NCBI GenBank assembly: GCA_030141605.1
Contig: JAQGDQ010002386.1
Span: 1-64,000, forward strand
Length of the DNA: 64,000 bases
Source: Tubiluchus corallicola
Taxonomy: Eukaryota > Animalia > Priapulida
Direction of reading: 5' to 3'
Program-made: the position numbers and the translations under genes
The notes under the pieces: generated by a model
Seen by the model: only the letters and a program-made list of their open reading frames with translations
What the model was told of the DNA's origin: nothing
The model's database searches: none
Shown: in pieces, positions 34,562-64,000 of the stretch
Layout of the letters: every line of letters starts with the position of its first letter
How positions within the stretch are numbered: the stretch's first letter is position 1

Positions 34562-35422
34562 ACTAAGCACTGTTTATATTGACGACGTAGAAAACATATC
34601 CTGTCAAGAACTCCTACAATCCAGGAAATAACTTGTAATAAATAAATAAACAGACATGATGTTTTAGCACATCACTGCGAACTATATTTACTTAGACAAA
34701 AAAGAATGAAGTAGTGCAATAATCACTATATATGAATCTTTTTGGCATTTAGAATTATAAAATAATCATTAGTGAAGCACAAGAAAACTCAAAAGAAAGA
34801 GCACAAAAAGCATGAAATATTGCTAATAACAAGAAACATCATGGTAGCAGGAACATCAGCTAAGATGCAATGAATACTACAATTTAGTATCTTTTGTGCT
34901 TTGAACATGTTTTTCAGCTGTGGATAGAAATGTGGTGTACTTTCATTTCTTTGGTGCAGTTTTATAAATTTGCCATTTTCTGTTCCTATTTTCCCAAGTA
35001 CAGAAAGGTAACATACATTTGCACATGATTAACTTTTTCTCGAGGGGTGTTTCTCTCACTTTATAATAAAGTCCTAATAAGGAAAAAACAACGTAGAAGT
35101 AGTAATAACTAAAAAAGTCTGTTCTTAGTATGTTCTTACTCTCTGAAAGTGATACAGCAAACAGATGCACAAGTGATGTACAAGTGTATAACTATTCTCA
35201 TCTGCTACATAACAAAAAACATACTTCCTGCCATGAACCTTGTCAAGTGATGTAAGATCCTGTTAGGTATCAGGCATGTAAGTTTATATAACTTGTGCCA
35301 GCCCCGCCTGTAAAACATCTTTCTGCATAATTGCATACACCTGCTTGCATAATTATAGTCTCGGGTGTTGTCAGTTGACCAACTGCACAGTTTCCTCCAA
35401 GTTAAGTGTATATTGTCCGGTG

Positions 35423-46348
<10,926 letters not shown>

Positions 46349-46625
46349 TATTCCATACAACATTACTGCCATCTGGTGTAGGAAATTTGGAGATAGAATG
46401 AGTCACTAAATCTACTGTAGAATGCACACTGTACAGATGTGACTTACGTGATGTGTGACTGAACGTGCAGTAATTAAATTTTAGAGTTAACGGTTAACTT
46501 TATATCTTTGTAAAGGTGTAAGAAGTGGTACCAGAGCTAACGTCTTTTTTGCAGCCCTATGTTTACTTTTTATTTTAATGACATCACGCTGTAATTATCT
46601 GATGGCTGCGAAGAATCTGACATTT

Positions 46626-47390
46626 GGGTTCTCGGTATTTGGCAATATTATGGCATTAGGGGAATTAAATGAGGTAGGTCTGAATAAAATTTATGGTAAA
46701 CATTTGGGTGAAAGAGCATGGAATGTGCATATAGAGAAAACTATAGCTGAATTATAGCGGGATTAAAAATGTAGAATGAAAAGTTAAGTAAATGTTCGAC
46801 AGTAGAAAGATATAGAGATTGCAAAAGTTGTATATAATTTGAACCCTGGATGAACGATATATGGGGTGCAGAATTGCTTGTCAAAGCTAGGGTTGGTGCA
46901 TTAGAAGTATTGGGAAATCTTTTGTATGCTTGGAAAGTAGATTACCGCATAGAAAAAAGGCTTTGTAAATGTGGTAAAAATATTGAAACTGCAGAACACA
47001 TAATATTAAGTTGCGAATTTTACACACAGTTGAGAATCAAAGTCCCTTGGCAAGGAGCAGCTGACGAAAAATGCTTGAGATGGCTGTTATTTGGAGAGGG
47101 AAAAATTTATGCAGTCTGCCTACTGAAGGACATAATGGTCAAAAGAAGAAGCATTGCGAATGTTTAACTTTAAAGCTGAAAAGATAAAGAGGAATATATA
47201 TTTAGCTCTGCGTAATGGCGGTATAACATTTATAAATCCAAATTTTGTTTTGTGGTGCTGTAGCATTGGTGCAAGCATATGTGTGCGCCTTACGTTTTTG
47301 AGTAGAAAATTAGCCTAGTAGTACAACAATCGTTGCTACTCGCCCTGATATATAAAAGGGATTTAGGCACCGGATGGATGGATGGATGGA
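46626..47390 (+). mobile_element. LINE 3' fragment with C-terminal CCHC zinc knuckle and (GGAT)n tail (RTE-X-like)
   Basis: CKCGKNIETAEHIILSC in ORF 46850-47167; ends ggcaccggatggatggatggatgga. Confidence 0.7.
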
Positions 47391-48199
47391 CTGAATTTGA
47401 ATACAATAAATATTACAGATACATATACTACAGCGCACATACGAAGTAGAGAAATACACAAATAACACCAAAGCTTATGATTTACGTCTACTGTACGTAA
47501 TTACAATTCTGGTCCACTGTTAGGTCAAACGCTTTTAAATTTCACTGTTGTTTCGTTGTTTCCGCAGTGACCATTCTGTCTGGTTAGATAGGCACAAATG
47601 AATGTCACCATGCGAGACACAAGTAACGTGTCTTTACTTAATCAACTTTAACTCTTTTATTTTGGCTAAATTTCCAGTTTGTCACCTCTTCTCTTTCATT
47701 CTTCCATTTACTATATATTTGTGGATTTTTTTACTCAATCAAATGTTCAATATTTATTTCTGCGATCTCCACAGAGGAAGAAATCAGATTATATGGCAGC
47801 AAACTTTGATCATAATTCTTTTATAACTCATTCATTATTATTCTATTCTTTATGAACTTTTATTCAAATAGCTGAAACAAATACTACTCAAGTCAATTTT
47901 TCATTGAGTAGTAAATTGAATTGAATTGAATTGGTTGGTAATACATTTTTTTATTACTGTACATTTGAATAGCTGCTCTGCTCTGTCGTGTCTTCTTTAC
48001 TACATAGCAGACACCATAAATCTTCTTTAAACTTACTCTTATAATTACATTTTATTCATAGCATATTGAGCTTTATTTCTAATATAATTTTTGTGTTCTG
48101 GCCTCAATTTAGTGACTTTATCATGCTCATAGGTTAAGAACCTTAACTTAGTTTTTGAGCGTATCTTGTGATGTGCACTGACTTTAATGAATTTTCTTA

Positions 48200-48860
48200 T
48201 ATTCCCTTTAGCATGCTTCTTCCTGACTTCTTAAGTGTCTTTGTAGACCCAAACTGAATAACTATATCATACTTCTTACTTAGACTTCTAACTTCTTTTA
48301 TCTAACTTCCTTCTATTTTTTGTCCCACATACTTTCCATCATCTTTGGACTCTCTTGAATTTATTAGATTATGTAAGAACATCAATCTTTTGTGATCGAT
48401 TCTCTGTTCAATTAGCCACACGCTTGCTTCTATTGCCATACCCCAATAACTGACTGACACCTGTGATAATAGATTTGTAACATTTCCTTCTGAATTTTTT
48501 CTATCCTGCCCATTTCTATTTTCATTACTATATGTTGCTCGTTTATATATTGCTGTATCAGAGTATTGCACAATATGTGAAGGTAGATTATTCCACTGGA
48601 TGAATGAACATGGTGCAAATGAATATTTGAAACAATCTTTTTTGAACTGGTAGCATTGAAGTTTACGCTGATGCAAATTATGGTTTTTCCTGGTAGCTTT
48701 GGTAAATAATATATTGCTATTAATATTTACATAGCAGTCAATGAACCATGCACAAATGTTGTAGTGCGATTTTAATTAAGCTCCATTTAAGCCATTCTGT
48801 TGAGTAGCCAGTTAATTCAATAATATTTTCGACACATATAGGTTACAAGACTAGTGAGCA
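48200..48860 (-). mobile_element. Decayed LINE fragments
   Basis: FKYSFAP...IQWNNLP (CR1-like C-terminus) abutting IEQRIDHKRLMFLHNLINS (RTE-X-like). Confidence 0.5.
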
Positions 48861-49345
48861 AATAGTCGTCATTGTTCTTAACTGCGTTATTTATTTTTGA
48901 CTATAGTTTCCACAATCCATAACTATAATCTGTCAAAGGGGATTTGTCAATGTTGCTAATACTGATACCTCTACTTTTTAAAGGAGACGTAAATACTAAA
49001 AAATTTCAGAGATGCCATCAGTGGAGGACATATCTAGCTAAACTATGCTGCTCCCAAAAAGCCAGTGAGGATCAATGAATTTTTCAGGATGATTCTGCCA
49101 ATACTTATCTAAGCGAGCTTTGAATTTGGTTATACTGGTTGGCTCGTGGTTCCAGGAGCATATGGTTTCAGGAACATTTTTTTCTTTTGTTCCAACTTCT
49201 GCGGAGTCTCATTTTATGCAGTTTCAATGAATGTCTTCAATGGTCTTTTTGTGTCATGTATTTTTATATGCATGTCTAAAAGTGGTCTGTCTATCCCAGT
49301 TAGTGTTCTGTATATTTGTATCATGTTGTCTATTTCTAATGGCCT

Positions 49346-51020
49346 TCCATCCATCCATCTGGTGCCTCAATCCCTTTTATAACGGGAGAGTAACAACATA
49401 TATTGTACTTTTAGGCTGCTTTCTACTCAAAAACGCTAAGGCACACACACATGCTTGCACAAATGCTACAACACAGCAAAACAAAATTTGGGTTTATAAA
49501 TGCTATATCACTGTTATGCAGAGCTAAATATATATTCTCTTTATCCTTTCAGCTTTAAAGTTAAATATTTACGATGCTTCTTCTTTTGACATTATGTCCT
49601 TCAATAGGCAGACTGCATGATTTTTTTCCCTCTCCAAATAACAGCTATCTCAAGCATTCTTCATCAGTTACTCCTTGCCATGGGACTTTGTTTCTTACCT
49701 GTGTGTAAAATTCACAACTTAATATTATGTGCTCTGCAGTTTCAACATCTTTACCATATTTACAGAGTCTTTTTTCTATGCAGTAATCTACTTTCTAAGC
49801 ATACAGGGGATTTCCCAACACTTCAAATGCATCGACTTTGGCTTTGACAAGCAATTCTGCTCACCATGTATCATTCGTCAAGGGTTCAAATAATGTACAA
49901 CTTTTGCAACCTCTATATTTTTCTACTGTTGAACATTTACTTTGTTTTTTGTTCCACATTTTTAATCCCGTTTTAGCTATAACTTTCTCTATATGCACAT
50001 CCCATGCTTTTTCACCCAATTGTTTATCACAAATTTTATTCAGACCTACCTCATTTAATTACCCCACTGCCATAATATTGCCAAACACCGAGAGCTCAAA
50101 TCTATTTCCCAAATGCCTGATTCTTTGCAGCCATTTTGGTCAAAGTCTGTGTGTCACTACCCTTATTACCATTTTTTCAGTAACCGAACTTCACTTATAA
50201 TTATAATTCTTTTAAAAAATTTTAGGTGAGTCTTTGTTTCTCGTTTTTCAAAAGATGAAAACCCAGCTTCACTTCTGATAGCAGCGCCACTGCATCCTTT
50301 TGCTTTCTAGAGCCATCTTACAAATTCTTCTTGTATGCTATTACATCAATCGATTTCTTTTTGGCTGTACGTTCTGTCTACACAACCAAACATTATTTTT
50401 GGGCCTACATTTGCTTTCCAGCCTGTTCTCCCTATTTCTAATCTTGCTTCTGATTGCATTGCCACAAATTTTACAGCACCTATGGTTCTTCTAATATCTG
50501 GTATTCTTTCTTTCCAGCTATGTTCATCTTCTATGGTTCTTATAATTACCCCGAGGTATTTTTCTCTTTCTGTTGCATGTATACTGTATAGGTACATCTC
50601 CTATGATCTTAAAAACTTTATTAGCATTACCTCCACAAAGGAGAATTGATGCACTTGGTCACACTGAATTTCATGCCAAATTCTTTTACAAGATCATTAG
50701 CAATCTTCAACAACACCAACATATCACCTTCAAATTCTGTAATTAGCGTTGTGTCGTTAGCAATTTAAGCATGGGATCACCCTGTTTTACACCTGACTAT
50801 ACTTTAGATTATCCGTTCTGATGTTTCTCCAAACAAATTTGACATTAAAACCATGGTATCATGATTTCCAAAATTCGAAAAAGGATTGCTCTGTACTTAA
50901 ATGTGTCAATACTTGCCACAGCTTTTTTCTACATCTAACATCACCACCCACTTTAAAGACCAGCCCTAACTTCTTGATTGTGGATATTCTTTTTCTCATA
51001 TGCTTGGAAGTAATGTAGTA
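49346..51020 (-). mobile_element. Longer decayed copy of the 46626-47390 LINE family, inverted
   Basis: tccatccatccatctggtgcct tail at ~49346. 49350-50095 is reverse-complement similar to 46626-47390. EKYLGV and degenerate RT motifs upstream. Confidence 0.72.
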
Positions 51021-51029
51021 GGTTTCCTT

Positions 51030-51270
51030 TGAGTTCTCTCTGCAAGCCTTGTCTGATCATACCTTGTCAGATGCTGTTATTACACCTGCATAGTTAGCAA
51101 TGGGTCTTACCATAGATTTGTACAACTTCATCATTGTTACATGGGTGCTACCAAATACCTTCCCCTTTATGAGCATTAACTTTTGATGTGCTTTATTTGT
51201 GATATACATGATTTGTTACTTAATATCAAGGTTACTATCAGTGATAATATTAAGATCCCTTTTGGTGTGT
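51030..51270 (-). mobile_element. Small decayed CR1-like fragment
   Basis: Minus strand reads ...KLYKSMVRP..NYA, with a kdlniiit..nldi-like segment upstream. Confidence 0.4.
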
Positions 51271-51639
51271 ACTTATTATTATTGCTTCTTATTGCAGCTC
51301 ATTGTGCACTTCGTGTCAATATTTGATCAGCTCACAGTTAAAACCGTACATTTATCATAGTTAAGAGCATTAACGGGTTATCATGGTTTCAGCTATTCAT
51401 TTCTTAATTTTATTTTTATTGTAGGTTTGTGGTGTGTCTTGGTATTATGTGATGGATCTTTTGCAGAGGCAACAAAACAACATTAGCCAATTTCGTGTTT
51501 TCTACTTGGCTCAGTTGGCTGTGACTGTGTTAAAAATTTGAATCTAAACTTGGCAGTTTCTAAGTTTTATACTCCAGTTAAGTGAGTGTGGTATTAAATT
51601 TAGTGATTTTTTATTGGACTGGACAGATTCTGTTCTTAC

Positions 51640-54600
51640 ATGGCAAAATTACTAATGGTGCGAAGGTTGGGTGCGCCAACCGCCATTCCATCTGTGGTGC
51701 AAGAGATACGAGTGACTTGTCTAGGAACTAGCAGACCGCTGCAACAACATTCGCCAAGTAACAAGGACATTGACAGATTGGCAATAAATAGTCCTTTAAG
51801 TTCTTGTTACAGTATTAGAAATTATTATTGCTTGTCAGCACAGCAGTATGTTTTTAAAAATGCAACTCATTGTCGTTTTTATGGATTGAAGTTTGAAAGC
51901 CGCTTAATGAGCTCAGCTGCCAGATTCGGATTATTAGTCTCACGGTTGCTAAGGCTGAGGTACCTATTACTTGGTTCAGCAATTGGAGGTGGAGTGGCAT
52001 TAGGAAATACATACGAGGCTTGGAAAGAAAGACTTCCTGACATGAGCTGGATGAAAGAACATTTGCCTAACAGCAATGATTACAATAAGTTTGTCAACTG
52101 GATGAAAGAGCTAATGCCTAGTAAAGAATATTACGAAAAGCTTAGTGACTGGTTCACGCAGAAGAAAGGTAGTATTCAAATACCAGATGGAAGTGAATAT
52201 ATACGTGTAGGAAGAGAGAAACTGTCAGAATGGAGAGATAACTCTGCCGAGTGGATAAGTTCTGCAGGTCATATCGTTAGTAATGTGGTACAAGGAGGTG
52301 ATGCTGGTGCTTTTCCCGAAGAGTCCACAGTAACCACAAAGGCAGCACCATCTGTAATGTCTTTCAATCCGTTTCAGTCAAAGACGAAAGATGCCGATGA
52401 TGACTATCATGTGCTAACAGACAAGGAGAAGTTAGAAGAACTGCAAAATGAACTTATGCAAGTCCAACTTAAATATCAACGAGAAATTGAACGTTTAGAG
52501 AAAGAAAATAGAGAATTAAAGAAGCAGTTACTGATCAGAGCTGAGAAGCATTCTAGGGTGAAAAGAAAGTTTAAGAAGTCTCTGATTGACATGTACTCCG
52601 AAGTTCTAGATGAACTTTCCATATATGACTGCAGCTACAATACACAGGATCATTTGCCAAGAGTTGTTGTTGTTGGTGATCAAAGTTCCGGAAAAACTAG
52701 TGTCCTGGAAATGATTGCCAGAGCACGTATTTTCCCACGAGGTTCTGGCGAGATGATGACACGAGCGCCTGTAAAGGTAACTTTGAGCGAAGGTCCATAT
52801 CATATTGCTACATTTAAGGATAGCACTCGTGAATTTGATCTGTCAAAAGAATCAGATTTGGTTGAATTGCGAAAAGAAGTAGAATTACGTATGAGGAACA
52901 GTGTCCGGCAAGGGAAAACTGTGAGTAGCGAAACCATTTCCATGACTGTGAAAGGCCCTGGTCTGCAGAGGGTAGTTCTAGTTGATTTACCAGGCATTAT
53001 TAGCACGCAGACAACAGAAATGGCTGATGATACTAGAGATTCTATCCATGGCATTTGCAGGACTTATATGGAGAATCCAAATGCTATAATTCTTTGCATT
53101 CAGGATGGTTCAATAGATGCAGAACGAAGCAACGTTACGGATCTTGTGCGAGAAATGGATCCAAATGGAAAACGAACTATTTTTGTTCTAACTAAAGTTG
53201 ATTTAGCTGAAGAGAACATGTTCAACCCAGACCGACTAAAGAAGATTCTAGAAGGAAAACTGTTTCCCATGAAAGCTTTAGGATATTTTGCTGTCGTGAC
53301 CGGTCGTGGCAATGTGAATGATAGTATTGCAACAATACGTGATTATGAGGAAAATTTTTTCCGAAATTCCAAACTTTTTAAAGATATGAACTTTAAGGCT
53401 ACACAGCTGACAACCCAAAATATGAGTATGGCAGTATCTGCGTGCTTTTGGAAAATGGTAAAAGAGTCAGTCGAACAGCAAGCTGATGCTTTCAAGGCAA
53501 CACGTTTCAATTTGGAAACAGAATGGAAAAACAATTTTCCGCGAGTGCGAGAACTTGATCGTGATGAGCTGTTTGAGAAGGCAAGGGGAGAGGTTCTAGA
53601 CGAGATTATAAATCTAAGCCTAGTTACACCCAGAGAATGGGAAGAAGCTTTTTACAATCATCTCTGGCAGTCTGTCAATACCTACATGTTTGAAAACATT
53701 TACATACCCGCTGCACAAGCTGATAGTCCGGGAACTTTTAACACAATGGTTGATATCCGATTGAAACAGTGGGCAGATCAGGTTTTGCCAAAACGATGCG
53801 TAGAAGTGGGGTGGGATACGCTAATGATGCAGTTTCGGGATCTCATTGATAAAGATTGTGAAAGTAAGGATCATGATGCTTTGTTTGATAAGTTAAAATT
53901 AGCCGTCATCGATGAAGCAGCCAGTCAACATCGTTGGGACAGGAAGGCTCCAGATTCTCTGCGTGTGATTCAACTGAATGCTTTAGAGGATCGGTCAGTG
54001 CCTGATAAGCAAACATGGGATCAGGCCATTACGTTCATGGAAAAATTTTTAAGGTTAGTATTTACTTTTTTTAATTGCATAACCAAACAGTAAACAAAGT
54101 AAAGGTCTTTTTTGTTCTAAATGTGTGTTGAATGCCTTTACTATAGTTTTCAGGTGGCATTATAAATATTGAATTAAGATACATTATAGAAAATTTCCAT
54201 TGATTTGACATTGAAAATTGTCACCGAAAGGGGAAATGTGATAGACTAATGTTTATTCATTAAAGAGAGAAACTTGACCAGACTGAGTTGTTGACGAAGC
54301 AGTTAATGGGACCAAGTTTAAGAGAGCAGTGGATGTTCTGGAAATCCATATCAGATGAACAGAGAAAATGGCGTGCCACCATGTTTGAACTGAGCAAGAT
54401 CATACAGGGTGAAGAAAAAGCGAGACCCATTCTAACACTAGAAGAACTGACAGCAACAAGAAAAAATCTGCAAGTGAGTTGGATCATAATTAGCACTGAA
54501 TTAACTTTCAAACCTAGTTGAATTAAATAATGACTTGTATCTGAGAAAGATCAGCGGAGAAATTAAAAATAATGAGATAATTCAGAATTTGAAATACACA

Positions 54601-56326
54601 TTGAATGAACACGTAATTTACTAGTTACATAACATATTACAGTTTGCTGTAGGCTATAATAGTTTGGTGGTAGAGAATGAGTGTGATCACTACTAAGTCT
54701 TGGGTTCAAATTTTCATTGAGTCAGTTTTTTATCATTTTCTGTTTGTCTTTAACAAATCAGAGCCTGGGTTTACTGATTAGCAGGTTTGGTAATTAGATA
54801 CCTGGCACTGATTAGAGTTGCTAGGTTTTGTTAATCGTAACATCTTTTGCTACTTGCTTGTAAAATAGCCTAGGAGTTTTTCATGATGTTGTTATCGTAG
54901 GCTTACTCGTTATTTGACTGATTGGTAGAAACCAAAAGATGAATGTACAATGCACATTTGCAGTGAATTGTTCTTTTAAAATCACTTTTGTATGTAGAAG
55001 AGACATTTCCTGCAGAATTTTTAGCTTTAGGTCCAGTTTTCTCTGTTTCGCTCTGTGATTTTAATATACTTAGTTTTGTCTTTGAAAAGCCTTGAACATT
55101 TTTTAAGGAAAAGTACCTGGCCTTGTACTCAGAGGTAATCTGAAGATTAACAGCGAGAGTGCATTGACATTGCATTTTATGTTCCTTTTAGGTTTCGGGT
55201 GTCGATGTGGACTTTGAGTTCATCCGTGACACATGGTTCCAAGTTTATCGCCTTCATTTCCTCAATACAGCCATTCAGAAAGCTGGAGATTGCAGAAAGG
55301 GATTTTTTCACTATCAACAGGGTTACACGGAGCAAGGACTCGAATGTCACGATATTGTTCTGTTTTGGAGAATACAGAGAATGTTACAGATTACTAGTAA
55401 TGCATTACGTCAACAGGTAGGAGCAGCATTTTCATTCTGTTGCATGATTACCTTTTCCACAATCAATTTTTTGTCGAATAAACAACATATTTCGGAAATT
55501 CAAAGTCAACTTTTTTTCTAATTGAACAGACCTACTTGCTGTAGATGAATATCTCATTATCGAAGAAAATTCTGTAAGGTGAGACAGTGAACTAGGAGGG
55601 CAGAGCTAACAGTCAGATGTGTAATGTGTACATCCTTCCTCAATGAGGTGAATGCTAAGGACAGTTTTCTAGATGGTCACACATCCGCTGAGTGACTAAC
55701 GTCACCATTGTTTAATTTCACTCGCTAACCTCAATATGTGACAACTTGGCTATTCTCGTTATGCTAACTAAAACTGCCTTGTACTGTCTTGGCAACGCAT
55801 TACACAGTTATTTTGCTGTGCTAATGATTTCATTCTAAGCAAGCATTAAACAATAAATTACTATAGCAAGAGACAGACTTTTTTAATAAAATAGTGTCAG
55901 TTTTTCAGCTCCACAGGTTCATACTAAACCAAAAGCAACATCAAAATAGGTTTGAAAAACTCTTCACTTCCTTTTAAAAAGAAACATATTTTAATAAGCT
56001 TGCAGAGGAAGCTAAACAATACAGCTGCAGAAAAAATACCACAAGTTTGAATTAGCAAGTCCTGTCACACATCTCACGCGGAGTGCACACATCACACATT
56101 GTGTTTTTATTTGAATACTTTTCAAATCTTGTAGGTGATGAGTACTGAGGCAAGACGTTTAGAGAAGGAAATAAAACAAGTGCTAGAGGATGTCAGTCAA
56201 GATAAAGAGCGAAAAGAACAACTTCTCACTGGTAGAAGAGTTACTCTTGCTGAAGATCTGAAAAAAGTGCGGCAAATTCAAGAAAAATTAGAGGAATTCA
56301 TTGAACAATTAAACAAGGAAAAATAA
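51640..56326 (+). CDS. OPA1: Dynamin-like mitochondrial GTPase OPA1 (4 coding exons, ~1012 aa)
   Basis: Exons 51640-54053, 54266-54473, 55192-55416, 56135-56326 (3039 nt, GT-AG, in phase). Basic N-terminal presequence, [16 protein letters not shown], coiled coil, [14 protein letters not shown]1 [22 protein letters not shown]3 DLPG, G4 TKVD, C-terminal [30 protein letters not shown]. An acceptor at 51424/51425 implies a non-coding first exon upstream. Confidence 0.96.
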
Positions 56327-57542
56327 CATATAGTGTAATTAACTGTCTCAACACGCATACACGTGATCAAAGCTCAAGTATAGACATGTGGAAAGATAAT
56401 TCAGTGTTTAGCAACATATTGTCTTTTCCAAGAATTATTCGAATGTTGAAGAACTCATTTATGCACGTTTTCAGTTCTTGACTTAGCATAGCTTTGCCTT
56501 AAGCTAAATTTGCTATCTAGCTGAGTGAAATTACTGTGATTTGTCACTTTAGCAATGAATTTAAAATATTCTGTTGTGCATACATGTAACAGCCTAAGCT
56601 GAAACTTATTTCTGTCAAAAGGTAAGAACTAGTCTAGATTCATTTGAATTTATACAGATTTTAACAATTTTTTAAAAGGTATTTATCATTATAGACAATG
56701 TTGATATGCAACATTAAATACATTAGGTTATTACATAATTCAGTGTTGTTTATTTGACAGTTGTGATTGAATAGCTACTAAACGTGGTCTATTAAATTTT
56801 GAGTGTATTTTGATGAATCCCATTCGTTGAAACAAATGAACACAGATGTTTATAGAAAATAGTGATATAATCATACAAACACTACCTAAAATTTTAACAA
56901 CTGAAGATTCTAATTTTATTTTAGTCACCAATATTGACATGAAATATTACTTAGGTTTAGAAATTACACCACAATTGTTAAACATATACAGAGTAAGAAG
57001 TTTGCATAAACCATATAGAAGCCATTTCAGTGTGAAATTAAAGTACGAACAAGTGCACCATTCGCACAAAAATGCTATACCGCATTTGCAGAAAAGTCCA
57101 TACTTGAGCAAAAATCTGGCTTGTCAAAACTCTTGATGCCGTCGTTCAATACAACAAAAATTACGATCTCATAGTCGTGTCCGACATATCAATGGGAACT
57201 CAACCAATGACTATCTTTTATTATCAGTCATGTCTTAAAGGGCATAAAACCAGTAGTACGCCTTACATTTCATGTAACAGAATCTGTATTTTAAACAATA
57301 TTCCTGAAGATACCATATTCTTGTATACTTATATATATATATACTGAAGTCAGCTGTTGCTTCTACAGATTGCTCATGTTTCATCAAGAAGTTCATCAAT
57401 GCATGGCATTACCAACTGGTATTTTTATATCTGTATCCTTGCAAGAGAAAAATAGTTTCATAAGTCTCTACTTTAGGGTGAACACAGCTTTATTTATACA
57501 ACACGCGAATATTTACACAAAGCAAAAATGCAAGTCAAGTCC

Positions 57543-63937
<6,395 letters not shown>

Positions 63938-64000
63938 CTAAATTAAAAAAATTCAAGTATTTAGTTGACTAACTAACAATTTTTCTTACAATCGCAATGC

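Noticed and set aside
51640-54093. OPA1 as a truncated processed pseudogene ending at 54093
   Set aside because: A GT donor at 54054 and three further in-phase exons complete a full-length protein with no disruptions.
51879-54511. Antisense ORFs within OPA1 (and similar ones within the LINE ORFs)
   Set aside because: Short shadow frames of real coding sequence with no independent signal.

Overview
AT-rich animal (invertebrate-type) genomic DNA with spliceosomal introns; not prokaryotic. From about 20.3 kb onward it holds four conserved housekeeping genes whose exon chains I could splice by hand at GT-AG sites: PEX13 (+, 9 coding exons, ~425 aa), NMT1 (-, 12 exons, ~493 aa), OPA1 (+, only 4 coding exons, one of 2.4 kb, ~1012 aa) and the last 8 exons of PSMC5/Rpt6 (-, runs off the window). 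The first 20 kb is intergenic and repeat-dense. It contains a foldback MITE, 56-bp and 52-bp satellite arrays (the first enclosed by inverted ends), a 5S-rRNA-derived SINE, a degenerate TTAGGG tract, microsatellites, a Gypsy-derived element with inverted ends, and a near-intact CR1-group LINE. That LINE's ORF2 starts with a ~290-aa hydrophobic, stop-free leader ending in a 2A-like motif (GIETNPGP). Introns carry further LINEs (one young CR1 with a 9-bp TSD), MITEs, and a TSD-flanked inverted pair of hammerhead-like cores (Penelope-like). All calls come from reading the sequence; no database searches were run.
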